A DNA stretch of 64,000 nt from an uncultured Actinomycetes bacterium (GTDB lineage: Bacteria > Actinomycetota > Thermoleophilia > UBA2241), in NCBI GenBank assembly GCA_963767005.1, contig CAVYCN010000002.1, positions 512,001-576,000 of the forward strand. Direction: 5' to 3'. Below the pieces are notes generated by a model. It did not search any database. It was not told where the DNA came from and saw nothing but the letters and a program-made list of their open reading frames with translations. Shown here piece after piece: positions 19,036-29,545 of this stretch (positions within the stretch are counted from its first letter, which is position 1; each line of letters opens with the position of its first letter). The translations under genes were made by a program, and so were the position numbers.

Positions 19036-19992
19036 CTACTCGTACCTGATGCGCGGGTCGACGTAGGCGTAGGCGACGTCGACCACGAGGTTGGCGATGA
19101 CGTAGACCAGCGTGGCGAACAGCACGCCGGCCACCACGACCGGCAGGTCGCGGGCGATGATCGCGTTGTAGATCATGAGGCCCACGCCCGGCCGCGAGAA
19201 GACCGTCTCGGTCAGGATGGCGCCGCCGAGCAGCGCACCCAGGTCGATCCCGGCGATGGTCATCACCGGGATCAGCGCGTTCTTGAGGCTGTGCTTGAGG
19301 ATCACCGAGCGCTCGGGCAGGCCCTTGGCCCTGGCCGTGCGGACGTAATCGGAGCGGATGACCTCGAGCATGGAGGCGCGCTGCATGTACGAGATATAGG
19401 CGACCTCGATGAGGCCGAGCGTGACTGCCGGCAGGATGAGATGCGAGAAGTTGTTCCAGTCGGTCGGGATGACCCAAAGGAGCCTGCTGCCGCCCGTGCC
19501 GAAGAACGGCAGCACATGAAGGTAGACGCCGAAGACGTACTGCAGGAAGAGGCCGAGCACGAACACCGGGATGCCCCAGATGATGAGCGCCGTCGTGGTC
19601 ATGCTCGTGTCCCAGATGGTGTACTGGCGCAGGGCCGAGTACACCCCGAGCGGTATGCCGAGCAGCTCGATGAGAATGGCGGCGAAGGCGAGTTGGGCGG
19701 TGTTGGGGATGGCCGCGGTGAGCATGCCGCGCACCGGCCGCTCGAACTGGTACGACTCGCCGAAGTTACCGTGTATGAGCCGGTCGACGAACCGCGCGTA
19801 CTGGATGTAGACCGGCCTGTTGAGGCCGAGCTCGACCCGCACCTCGGCCACGCGTTGCGGCGTCGCGTTCTTGCCCGCCAGCAGGTAGGCCGGGTCGCCG
19901 GGGATGAGGAACATGATGAGGAAGGTGATGATGCTCACGCCGATCAGCACGATCACGAGCTGCACGAGCCGCCTGGCGATGTAGCCGAACAC
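19036..19992 (-). CDS. oppB: Oligopeptide ABC permease OppB/DppB
   Basis: IPGDPA, DYVRTARAKGL, GAILTETVFS. Confidence 0.93.
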   Translation of the reverse strand: MFGYIARRLVQLVIVLIGVSIITFLIMFLIPGDPAYLLAGKNATPQRVAEVRVELGLNRPVYIQYARFVDRLIHGNFGESYQFERPVRGMLTAAIPNTAQLAFAAILIELLGIPLGVYSALRQYTIWDTSMTTTALIIWGIPVFVLGLFLQYVFGVYLHVLPFFGTGGSRLLWVIPTDWNNFSHLILPAVTLGLIEVAYISYMQRASMLEVIRSDYVRTARAKGLPERSVILKHSLKNALIPVMTIAGIDLGALLGGAILTETVFSRPGVGLMIYNAIIARDLPVVVAGVLFATLVYVIANLVVDVAYAYVDPRIRYE

Positions 19993-20072
19993 GAGCGGTG
20001 GCCTTTCCTGTCGGTCGATCCGTCCTAAGAACCGGCTCCGGTGCTGCGCGGCGCCGAAGGTGAGGCTGCGGC

Positions 20073-20108
20073 GCGGTGGGCCGGCGCCCTGGGGCGCCGG
20101 CCCACCGC
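20073..20108 (-). terminator. Intercistronic 16-bp GC stem-loop between oppA and oppB
   Basis: GCGGTGGGCCGGCGCC-CTGG-GGCGCCGGCCCACCGC is a perfect inverted repeat; no U-tract. Confidence 0.55.
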
Positions 20109-20177
20109 ACGTGCGGTGCTGGCAGTGTACGCGGTCGTCAGGCCGCGGACAACCTGCCCGCAGGCGTGGTCAGCCGG

Positions 20178-21854
20178 TTACTTCTGAGCGACCCAGACGA
20201 GGTTCATGTCCTCGCCGCCCATCGGGTTGTGCTGCTGCCCGTCGACCCGCGTGTCCATGATGCGATAGTCGCGGTAGAAGTACAGCGGGATGACCGCCAC
20301 GTCGGCCAGGATCTGCTTCTCGGCCTCGGCGTAGATCTGCAGGCGTTGCGTCTCGTCGACGGTGCCCCGCGCCGTAGCGAGCAACCTGTCGACGGTCGGG
20401 TTCGAGTAGAACGAGAACGTGTTCACACCCGACACGCTGCTCTGGAAGAGCGGATACAGGAAGTCGTCCATCGACGGGTAGTCGGCCAGCCAGCCGAGCC
20501 GATAGAGCTCGTCCTGCGTGCCCTGCGAGCACTTGGTGAGGTAGGTGCCCCACTCGAGGCCGGTCATCGTGACCTTGAGGCCGATGGCCTGCCAGCCGGC
20601 CTGCACCGGGGCGAGGATCTTGTCGTGGTTCGCACCGGTGTTGTACCAGAGCTTCAGCGTCGGGACGTTGCCCAGGCTCTGCACGATCTGCTTTGCCTTG
20701 GCCGGGTCGTACTTGTACGGCAGCGTCGAGAGGTTGCTGCCGGGGATGCCGATCGGCACGACGCCGTTCGGCATGAGCGGCACGCCCTCGGAGACGGTGT
20801 TGATGACGGCGTTGCGGTCGACCGAGTACGACAGGGCCTGGCGCAGCGGCAGGTTCTTGGCGCCGCCGACGACCGGGTTCTTCTGGTTGATGCCGATGAA
20901 GTAGATGCCGAGGTTCGGCCACTTCTTGGCGATCCAGCCCTTCTGGGTGGCCATCTGCTCGGACGAGGCGACCTGTCCCGTCGGCACCGACGTGAAGTCG
21001 ATCTGGCCGGCCTGGAAGGCGAGCCACTCCGTCGAGGGGTCGGTGAACTCGGGCATGTGGATGGTGTCGACGAACGGCCCGTTGGTCGCGCTCGCGTTCC
21101 ACCAGTGCGGGTTCTTGACCAGGTCGACCTCCTGGTTGTGCACCCACTTCGAGAACATGAAAGCACCGGTGCCGACCGGCTTCTGGTCGAAGGTCTTGAG
21201 GCCTTCCTTCATCGCGTAGTCAACCGGCCACACCGACAGGATCGGGTGACCGAGGCTGGCCGGGAACTCAGCGAACGGGTACTTCAGCGTGACCTGGAGC
21301 GTCCACTTGTCGAGCGCCTTCACGCCGGTCAGGCCGTGCTTGGCCGCGCCGGTCTCGTCGGTGCCCACGATGGGCTCGAGGATGTAGGCAGGAGTGCCGG
21401 TGACCCAGTTCTTCGCGTCGGCGACGGCGTTCCAGCTCTTCACGAAGTCGTAGGCCGTCACCTCGGTGCCGACCGGCTGCTGGAAGTAGACGCCCTGACG
21501 GATCGTGAACGTGAACACCTTGGCGTCGGGGCTGACCGTGTACTTCGTGCACAGCCACGGCACCGTGTCCATGGTCACGCCATCCTTGGCGGTCTCATAC
21601 TTCATGAGACCTTCGAACATCTGCGTCGTGACGTAGTAGCCGATGCTCTCCTGCTGGGTGACGGGCGCGATGCCCACGGGCTCGCCGTCGAGCGGGAAGT
21701 TATAGGTACCGCCGGGTGTCGGCGTGGCGGCGGTCGTCGGCGTGCTGCTCGAGCTTGGCGAGCTGCTGCCGCAGGCGACCAGGACGAATGCGAGCGCCAC
21801 CAGCAAGATGCCTGCGATGAGCGCCCCCCGTGACCTCATACCGAGGTTCTTCAA
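20178..21854 (-). CDS. oppA: Peptide ABC transporter substrate-binding lipoprotein (SBP family 5)
   Basis: Lipobox LVACG, FEGL, FTFTIR, PVGTGAF, LGWLADYP; TTG 21854 with SD GGAGG. Confidence 0.92.
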   Translation of the reverse strand: MKNLGMRSRGALIAGILLVALAFVLVACGSSSPSSSSTPTTAATPTPGGTYNFPLDGEPVGIAPVTQQESIGYYVTTQMFEGLMKYETAKDGVTMDTVPWLCTKYTVSPDAKVFTFTIRQGVYFQQPVGTEVTAYDFVKSWNAVADAKNWVTGTPAYILEPIVGTDETGAAKHGLTGVKALDKWTLQVTLKYPFAEFPASLGHPILSVWPVDYAMKEGLKTFDQKPVGTGAFMFSKWVHNQEVDLVKNPHWWNASATNGPFVDTIHMPEFTDPSTEWLAFQAGQIDFTSVPTGQVASSEQMATQKGWIAKKWPNLGIYFIGINQKNPVVGGAKNLPLRQALSYSVDRNAVINTVSEGVPLMPNGVVPIGIPGSNLSTLPYKYDPAKAKQIVQSLGNVPTLKLWYNTGANHDKILAPVQAGWQAIGLKVTMTGLEWGTYLTKCSQGTQDELYRLGWLADYPSMDDFLYPLFQSSVSGVNTFSFYSNPTVDRLLATARGTVDETQRLQIYAEAEKQILADVAVIPLYFYRDYRIMDTRVDGQQHNPMGGEDMNLVWVAQK

Positions 21855-22094
21855 GGCTCCCTCCTTCGGGTTACACGGAAAAGTGGGACGACCCTGCACG
21901 GGCCCCCAGTCGCGATGCGCCGACGTGATGGCGCTCCGCCCCGCACGTTCGCCGACAGACGCTACCCCCTTTCGTGATCGCACAGCCTGCCCCGTGCTTC
22001 GAAACCTCGTCCATGAGGTTCGTGGCCACCATACCACGTACCTGCAGAGCGACCTAGCCGGACCCAAAACCGGTCGCTTGCGGGCAGTTCACTA

Positions 22095-22313
22095 CTACAG
22101 GCGCCACACGAGGACGAAGGTGTTGATGAACAGCACGACGCCGGCGATGATCGTGTAGCGCGTGAGGTTGCGCTCCATGACACTGGCCTGGGCCGCAAAC
22201 GAGAACCCGGTCGTGCTGCTCATGCCGGCGTCCTTGCCGGAGTGCAGCAGCACGAGCACGATGAGCAGCACGCACACGACGAGCTGCAGGACGATGAGAA
22301 ACGCGTTCAGCAC
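22095..22313 (-). CDS. secG: Preprotein translocase subunit SecG
   Basis: LIVLVLLHSGKDAGMS...ERNLTRYT, two TM segments; conserved position after the glycolytic cluster; SD AAGGAG. Confidence 0.9.
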   Translation of the reverse strand: MLNAFLIVLQLVVCVLLIVLVLLHSGKDAGMSSTTGFSFAAQASVMERNLTRYTIIAGVVLFINTFVLVWRL

Positions 22314-22361
22314 CGAGGGACTCCTTCGTGTTCGCCGATACGCCCGACTGCGGGCGTGCAC

Positions 22362-22393
22362 TTCAGGATAGTAATCCTGAAACGCCTATGCAA
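22362..22393 (-). promoter_or_regulatory. secG promoter overlapped by a palindrome
   Basis: TTGCAT-17 nt-TATCCT; TTCAGGAT-AGTA-ATCCTGAA (22362-22381) covers the -10 element. Confidence 0.6.
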
Positions 22394-22461
22394 CAGCCTC
22401 GTGCCGGCTTCGTCCGCGCCGGCGCCGCCCGAGCGCGCCGCGCCTCCTCCCCACGCCGCTC

Positions 22462-24072
22462 TCACGGCGCCGCCACGAGCAGAACACGCCCCGTCATCTC
22501 GGGCGGCGCGGGCACCCCGAGCAGGGCGAGGATCGTCGGCGCGATGTCGGCCAGCACGCCGCCGGGACGCACGGCGGTCCCGGCGACGGTGGCGACGAAC
22601 GGCACGGGGTTAGTGCTGTGCGCCGTGTTCGGCCCACCGTCGGGCTCGACCATGTTGTCCGCGTTGCCGTGATCGGCCGTGATCAGGCAGGCGCCGCCGA
22701 GCTCGAGGACGCGCGGCACCAGGCGGCCGAGGCAGGCATCGACCGTCTCGACCGCGGCGATCGCCGCCGCGAGCACCCCGGAGTGACCGACCATATCGGC
22801 GTTCGCGTAGTTCACGACGACGAAGTCGAGGTCGCCCTTGTCGAGCTCGCCCAGCAGCGCGTCGGTCAGCTCGGGCGCACTCATCTGCGGCTTGCGGTCG
22901 TAGGTGGGTACGTCGCGGGGGCTCGGCACCAGGACGCGCCGCTCGCCGGCCACGGCCCGTTCGACCCCGCCGTTGAAGAAGAAAGTCACGTGCGCGTACT
23001 TCTCGGTCTCGGCGATGTGCAGCTGGTGCAGGCCGCGCTCGGCCAGCACCTGCGCGAGAACGTGGGCGACCGGCTCGGGCTCGAAGGCCACGGGCAGCGG
23101 GAACTCCTTCTTGTAGCGCGTCATCGTGACGAAGTCGACGCGCGGCGGTCGCTCGCCACGGTCGAACTCGGCGAACGACTCCTCGGACAGCGCCCGCGTG
23201 AGCTCCCTGGCCCTGTCCGGACGGAAGTTGAAGAACAGGCAGACGTCGCCCTCGCGCACGCGGTGCTGGTCGCGGCGCCCGATGACCGTGGGGGCGACGA
23301 ACTCGTCGGTCTCGCCGCGCCCGGCCGCCTGGGCCACGGCGCTCGACGCATCGGGCGCCTCGTGACCGGCGCCGTGGACGATGGCGTCGTAGGCGAGCAT
23401 GACGCGCTCCCAGCGGTTGTCGCGGTCCATCGCGTAGTAGCGCCCGCACACCGTGCCGTACACGCCCACCCCGACCGTCCGCATGTGCTCCTCGATCTCG
23501 CCAAGGTAGCCCGGCGACGAGTCGGGCGGCGTGTCGCGGCCGTCGAGGAACGCGTGGACGACGACGTCGACCACGCCCTCGCGGCGCGCCATCTCGAGGC
23601 AGGCCTTGAGATGGCCCAGGTCGGAGTGCACCCCGCCGGCCGACACGAGGCCGAGCAGGTGGAAGGTCGCGCCGCGCTCGCGCGCCGTGGCGAACGCGCG
23701 CACGAGCACGGGGTTGCGGAAGAACTCGCCGTCGGCGATGGCCTTGGTGATGCGTGTCAGGTCCTGATACACGATGCGCCCGGCTCCGATGTTCAGATGC
23801 CCGACCTCTGAGTTGCCCATCTGGCCGTCGGGCAGGCCCACGGCACCACCCGAGGCTTCGAGCGTGCCGTGCGGCCAGCCCGTCCACAGGCCGTCGAACG
23901 TGGGCGTGTCGGCCAGCTCCACGGCGTTGCCGGAGCCGACCGGGGCGCGGCCCCAGCCGTCGAGGACGGCGAGCACGACGGGACGGTAGGTGCGCCCGTT
24001 CGGCGACAGCGCGGCGTCGGTCCCCGACGCCGCGCTGTCGCGCGCCGGGGGCTGTCCGGGGGCATCGGTCAC
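22462..24072 (-). CDS. gpmI: 2,3-BPG-independent phosphoglycerate mutase
   Basis: VLDGWG, GQMGNSEVGH, GRYYAMDRD, NFRPDRAR, ETEKYAHVT, DMVGH, TADHGN. Confidence 0.96.
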   Translation of the reverse strand: MTDAPGQPPARDSAASGTDAALSPNGRTYRPVVLAVLDGWGRAPVGSGNAVELADTPTFDGLWTGWPHGTLEASGGAVGLPDGQMGNSEVGHLNIGAGRIVYQDLTRITKAIADGEFFRNPVLVRAFATARERGATFHLLGLVSAGGVHSDLGHLKACLEMARREGVVDVVVHAFLDGRDTPPDSSPGYLGEIEEHMRTVGVGVYGTVCGRYYAMDRDNRWERVMLAYDAIVHGAGHEAPDASSAVAQAAGRGETDEFVAPTVIGRRDQHRVREGDVCLFFNFRPDRARELTRALSEESFAEFDRGERPPRVDFVTMTRYKKEFPLPVAFEPEPVAHVLAQVLAERGLHQLHIAETEKYAHVTFFFNGGVERAVAGERRVLVPSPRDVPTYDRKPQMSAPELTDALLGELDKGDLDFVVVNYANADMVGHSGVLAAAIAAVETVDACLGRLVPRVLELGGACLITADHGNADNMVEPDGGPNTAHSTNPVPFVATVAGTAVRPGGVLADIAPTILALLGVPAPPEMTGRVLLVAAP

Positions 24073-24833
24073 AGCGGCTCGAAGCGCACGATGCGGGCGA
24101 ACTCGGCCGGATCGAGGCTCGCGCCGCCGACCAGCACGCCGTCGATGTCGGGCTGCGCCATGAGCTCGTCGATGTTGCCCGCCTTCACGCTGCCGCCGTA
24201 GAGCACGCGCACGGTGTCGGCCGCCGCCCCGAGGTTCTGCCGCACACGAGCGCGCACGAAGGCGACGGTCTCCTGGGCGATCTCGGCCGTGGCCGTCTTG
24301 CCCGTGCCGATCGCCCAGATCGGCTCGTAGGCGATGGCGACACGGGCCAGGTCGTCGGGCGTGAGCGTCGCGAGGTCGCGGTCGATCTGGCCGCCGATCT
24401 TCTTCTCGGTCCGGCCGGCGACGCGCTCCTCGTCGGTCTCGCCGCAGCACAGGACGGGCAGCAGGCCGTGGTCGAGCGCGACGCGCACCTTCTGGGCGAG
24501 CTCGGTATCGTTCTCGGCGAAGTACTGCCGGCGCTCGGAGTGGCCCAGGATGACCGCGTGCACGCCGACCTCGGTGAGCATCGCGGCCGAGACCTCGCCG
24601 GTGTAGGCGCCCTCGGCCGCCCAGTGCATGGTCTGGGCCCCGACCCCCACGTTCGTGCCCGCCGTCGCCGCGACGAGCGCGGTCAGGTCGGTGAACGGCG
24701 CGCAGAGCAGGACGTCGCGGTCGTCGACGCCCGCCACGAGCGGGACGAATGCCTGTGCGTAGGCGCTCGTGTCGATCTGCGTCTTGAACATCTTCCAGTT
24801 GCCCGCCATGAGCGGCCTGCGCGCGGCTTCCAT
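24069..24833 (-). CDS. tpiA: Triosephosphate isomerase
   Basis: AGNWKM, GHSERR, AYEPIWAIGTG, YGGSVK, VGGASL. Confidence 0.97.
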   Translation of the reverse strand: MEAARRPLMAGNWKMFKTQIDTSAYAQAFVPLVAGVDDRDVLLCAPFTDLTALVAATAGTNVGVGAQTMHWAAEGAYTGEVSAAMLTEVGVHAVILGHSERRQYFAENDTELAQKVRVALDHGLLPVLCCGETDEERVAGRTEKKIGGQIDRDLATLTPDDLARVAIAYEPIWAIGTGKTATAEIAQETVAFVRARVRQNLGAAADTVRVLYGGSVKAGNIDELMAQPDIDGVLVGGASLDPAEFARIVRFEPL

Positions 24834-24879
24834 GCTCCGGTCTCCTTCCGGCGCCCGGTGGGCGCCTGTGGTGTGAACG

Positions 24880-26061
24880 TCAGGCGTCGAGCAGCGCCTC
24901 GACGCCGGGCAGCGCCTTGCCTTCGAGGAACTCCATCGAGGCGCCGCCGCCGGTCGAGACGTGCGTGATGCGGTCGGCCAGGCCGAAGCTGCGGACGGCG
25001 CTCACCGTGTCACCCCCGCCGACCACGCTCACGCCGGGACACCCGGCCACGGCCTCGCCGACCGCGCGGGTGCCGGCGGCGAAGTCGGGCACCTCGAACA
25101 GCCCCATGGGGCCGTTCCAGAACACCGTCCCCGCGGCCCGCAGGCGCTCGGCAAAGGCGGCCGCCGTGGCGGGCCCGATGTCGAGCCCCATCTCGGCGGA
25201 GGGGATGGCGTCGGCCCCGACCACGTGCCGCGCTGCTCCGGCTGCCGGCTCGGCCGCCACCACCACGTCGCTCGGCAGGACGAGCTCGCAGGTCGCGCCG
25301 GCCGCTGCCGCGAGCACGGCGCGGGCCGTTTCGGCCGTCCCCTCCTCGACCTTCGAACGGCCCACCTCGAGGCCCTTGGCGAGGAGCAGCGGAAAGCACA
25401 TCGCGCCGCCCACCAGGAGGGTGTCGGCGACGGTCAGCATCTTCTCGATGACGCCGATCTTGTCGGACACCTTGGCGCCGCCCAGCAGTACGACGAAGGG
25501 GCGCGCCGGGTCGGTCAGCAGACGCCCGAGCACCTCGAGCTCGCGCCCCATGAGCAGACCGGCCACGCCGGGCAGCACCCGCGGCACGCCGACCGTCGAG
25601 GCATGCGCCCGATGGGCCGTACCGAAGGCGTCGTTCACGTAGACATCGGCGAGCGCGGCGAGGGCCGCCGCGAAGGCCGGGTCGTTGGCCGTCTCCTCGG
25701 CGTGGAAGCGCAGGTTCTCGAGCAGCAGGAGGCCGCCCGGCTCGAGCGCCGCCGCGGCGGCGCTCGCCGCCGGTCCGACGCAGTCGCCGGTCGTCGCCAC
25801 CGGTCGGCCGAGCAGCTCGGAGAGGCGCCGCGCGACCGGCTCGAGCCGCAACTCGGGCACGACCTGGCCCTTGGGACGCCCCAGGTGCGAGGCCAGCACG
25901 ACGCGGCAGCCCCGCTCGACCAGGTACGTGATGGTCGGCAGGGCGGCACGGATGCGCGTGTCGTCGGCGACCTCGTCGCCGGTGAGCGGCACGTTGAAGT
26001 CGACGCGCAGGAACACCCGCTTGCCGTCGACCGGATAGTCGGTCACAGCACGCTTGGCCAT
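24880..26061 (-). CDS. pgk: Phosphoglycerate kinase
   Basis: RVDFNVP, SHLGRP, LENLRF, NDAFGTAHR, GGAKVSDK, STGGGA. Confidence 0.97.
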   Translation of the reverse strand: MAKRAVTDYPVDGKRVFLRVDFNVPLTGDEVADDTRIRAALPTITYLVERGCRVVLASHLGRPKGQVVPELRLEPVARRLSELLGRPVATTGDCVGPAASAAAAALEPGGLLLLENLRFHAEETANDPAFAAALAALADVYVNDAFGTAHRAHASTVGVPRVLPGVAGLLMGRELEVLGRLLTDPARPFVVLLGGAKVSDKIGVIEKMLTVADTLLVGGAMCFPLLLAKGLEVGRSKVEEGTAETARAVLAAAAGATCELVLPSDVVVAAEPAAGAARHVVGADAIPSAEMGLDIGPATAAAFAERLRAAGTVFWNGPMGLFEVPDFAAGTRAVGEAVAGCPGVSVVGGGDTVSAVRSFGLADRITHVSTGGGASMEFLEGKALPGVEALLDA

Positions 26062-26149
26062 ACGGCCCTCCTTCCCTCGCGGATCGGCGCGATCATCGGG
26101 CGCTCGACAAGGCCGCGCAACCTGAGCGGCGTCGCGGCCTCTCGACGGT

Positions 26150-27241
<1,092 letters not shown>

Positions 27242-27261
27242 TCAGTGCGCGGCGCGAGGGC

Positions 27262-28260
27262 CTACGAGCGCGAGCGGTCCGCGCCGGCGCGGCGCGCGCG
27301 GCCGGACGGCTCGCCCGGACGTTCGCGGGCGGCGCGCCGCAGCTCGCTGCCAGCCAGCGCCTCGAGCCGCCGCAGGCGATGGTTCAAGGCCGACTTCGAG
27401 AGCGGCGGGCGGGCCTTCGCGGCGAGCTCGGCCAGGTTCAGATAGGGATGGCGCAGCCGCAGCTCGGCCGCGGCGCGCAGCGCGGCCGGCAGGCGGCCCC
27501 ACTGGTCGCCGGCCCTGAGTCCGCGCAGCGCCTCGACCTGACGCAGGGCGGCGCGCGCGGCACGTCCGGCGTTGGCCTGGTCGCAGTTGGCCAGACGGTT
27601 GGCGCGCCCGCGGACCTCGCCGAACACGAGGTGCTCCTCCCAGGCGAGGCGCGCGCTGTGCGCGCCGAGCAGGGCGAGCAGGTCGGCCGCCACCTCGCCG
27701 CGCTTGGTGTAGCAGGCGACGTTGCGGGCGCGCGTGACGATCCTGAAGTCGAGCCCGAGACGAGCGAGCAGGCGGCGGCAGTCCTCGGCGAGCTCACCCG
27801 ACTCGAAGGTGAGCTCGGCGTGCACCGGCGCGCCGGGCGGTGAGACCGAGCCGCAGCCCAGGAAGGCGCCGCGGGCAAAGGCCACCCGGCAGCAGCGCCG
27901 GGCGACGACGCGCGGCGGCACGCCAAGCTGCACCCGGAACGAGTCGGACAGCACGCCCGCCTCGTTCAGCACCTGCAGGTGGCGCGGGTCGTCGCCCAGC
28001 ACGACCTCGTAGCGCAGGCCGGCCGGCGGCGTGTCGGCCGTGCGCAACTGGGCGTGCGTGCCCATCGGTCGCAGCAGCGACAGCACCGAGCGCGCCACCG
28101 CTGGCAGGCGCGAGCTCACCCGTACCGTGTACTGGCCGCCCGAGGCGATCTCGAACGTGCCGGCCGCGAAGAGCAGCCCCGCGAGCTGAGCCCGAGCGCA
28201 ATGACTCTCGACCGGCACGACGGCGGCGAGCTCGCGCTTGACGTCCTGGGTGAAGGTCAC
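27262..28260 (-). CDS. whiA: WhiA (degenerate LAGLIDADG plus HTH)
   Basis: FTQDVKRELA, ARGAFLGCGS, ANRLANCDQAN, SKSALNHRLRRL; start GTG 28260. Confidence 0.93.
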   Translation of the reverse strand: MTFTQDVKRELAAVVPVESHCARAQLAGLLFAAGTFEIASGGQYTVRVSSRLPAVARSVLSLLRPMGTHAQLRTADTPPAGLRYEVVLGDDPRHLQVLNEAGVLSDSFRVQLGVPPRVVARRCCRVAFARGAFLGCGSVSPPGAPVHAELTFESGELAEDCRRLLARLGLDFRIVTRARNVACYTKRGEVAADLLALLGAHSARLAWEEHLVFGEVRGRANRLANCDQANAGRAARAALRQVEALRGLRAGDQWGRLPAALRAAAELRLRHPYLNLAELAAKARPPLSKSALNHRLRRLEALAGSELRRAARERPGEPSGRARRAGADRSRS

Positions 28261-29531
28261 GGGGTGCGCGCCAGGCGCAGCACGGCGTCGGCCAGCCGGC
28301 CCGCGTCGTGACGGAAGTAGTCGCCCGCGTGGGCGAGGCGGGCGTGCACCACGCGCACGCCGAGCCCGGCGAGCTCCGAGTCGTCGGCCACGACCGGCGC
28401 CGCGCCGCCCGCCCGGTAGACGGCGGCCAGCTCGCGCGAGGCGGGCGTGTCGTTCACGAGGACGTCGTCGACCACACCGGCCGCGCCGTGCCGGAAGAGC
28501 GCACGCAGGTGGTCGGCCGCCGAATGGTCGTCGGTCTCGCCCGGTTGCGTCATCACGTTGCACACGTACACCACGCGCGCTCTGGTGCGCGCCAAGGCCT
28601 CGCGCACGTCGGGGATGAGGAGGTTGGGCACGATGCTCGTGTAGACGCTGCCGGGGCCGAGCACGACGAGGTCGGCGGCGGCGATCGCCTCGAGGGCCTG
28701 AGGCACCGCCGCCGGTCTGCCGGGGTCGAGCCAGACGCGCAGCGGCAGACCGTCGTGGGCCGTGATCGTGGATTCGCCGGCCACCCGCTCGCCACCCTCG
28801 AGCTCGGCGTGCAGCGTGACGCTCTCGAGCGTGGCCGGCAGCACCCGGCCGCGCACGTTCAGGACGCTCGTCGACTCCTGCACGGCGCGCTCGAAGTCGC
28901 CGGTGACGCCGGCCAGGGCCGCCACGAAGAGGTTGCCGAAGCTGTGGCCCTGCAGGCCGCCGTCTTCGGGGAAGCGGTACTGGAAGAGGCGGCTCATGAG
29001 CGACTCGTCGTCGGCGAGGGCGACGAGGCAGCTGCGGATGTCGCCCGGCGGCAGCACACCCAGGCTGCTGCGCAGCAGACCCGAGCTGCCGCCGTCGTCG
29101 GCCACCGTGACCACCGCGGTCAGGTTGCTCGTGTGCTGCTTGAGGCCGGAGAGCAGCACCGACAAGCCGGTACCGCCGCCGATCGCCACGATACGCGGGC
29201 CGCGGGCGAGCCGGGCGTCGTGGCGCAGGCCGAGCACGCCCGGCTCGCCCGCCGCCCGCGCGAACCGGTAGAGGCTGCGCGCGCCCAGCAGGACCACGAG
29301 GGCGCCGGCCACGAGGCACGCGACCGCGAGGCCGATCGCCGTGCTCACGTGGCCCGTGATCCAGGTGCCACCGACGTCGTGGCGCCGGCCGCTCGTCACG
29401 ACGATACCGAGCGCGAGCCAGAGGGCGCTGCCGACCAGCGCACCGCCGGCACAGACGGCGACCAGCCGGCGCTTCATGCCGAGCCCCGGATAGAGCCACT
29501 GGAGCCTGCTCAGGCGGGACCGCGGCGCCAC
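28257..29531 (-). CDS. yvcK: YvcK/GlmR (UPF0052) with N-terminal TM segments
   Basis: IGGGTGLS, VADDGGSSG, PPGDIR, GHSFGNL, GPGSVYTS, NVMTQPGET. Confidence 0.93.
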   Translation of the reverse strand: MAPRSRLSRLQWLYPGLGMKRRLVAVCAGGALVGSALWLALGIVVTSGRRHDVGGTWITGHVSTAIGLAVACLVAGALVVLLGARSLYRFARAAGEPGVLGLRHDARLARGPRIVAIGGGTGLSVLLSGLKQHTSNLTAVVTVADDGGSSGLLRSSLGVLPPGDIRSCLVALADDESLMSRLFQYRFPEDGGLQGHSFGNLFVAALAGVTGDFERAVQESTSVLNVRGRVLPATLESVTLHAELEGGERVAGESTITAHDGLPLRVWLDPGRPAAVPQALEAIAAADLVVLGPGSVYTSIVPNLLIPDVREALARTRARVVYVCNVMTQPGETDDHSAADHLRALFRHGAAGVVDDVLVNDTPASRELAAVYRAGGAAPVVADDSELAGLGVRVVHARLAHAGDYFRHDAGRLADAVLRLARTP

Positions 29532-29545
29532 CGCACGCCCCTCCG

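Noticed and set aside
21855-22094. Known riboswitch or T-box in the oppA leader
   Set aside because: No recognisable T-box, SAM, TPP, cobalamin or glycine consensus.
27262-28260. LAGLIDADG homing endonuclease or intron
   Set aside because: It is the domesticated WhiA in its usual rapZ-yvcK-whiA operon.
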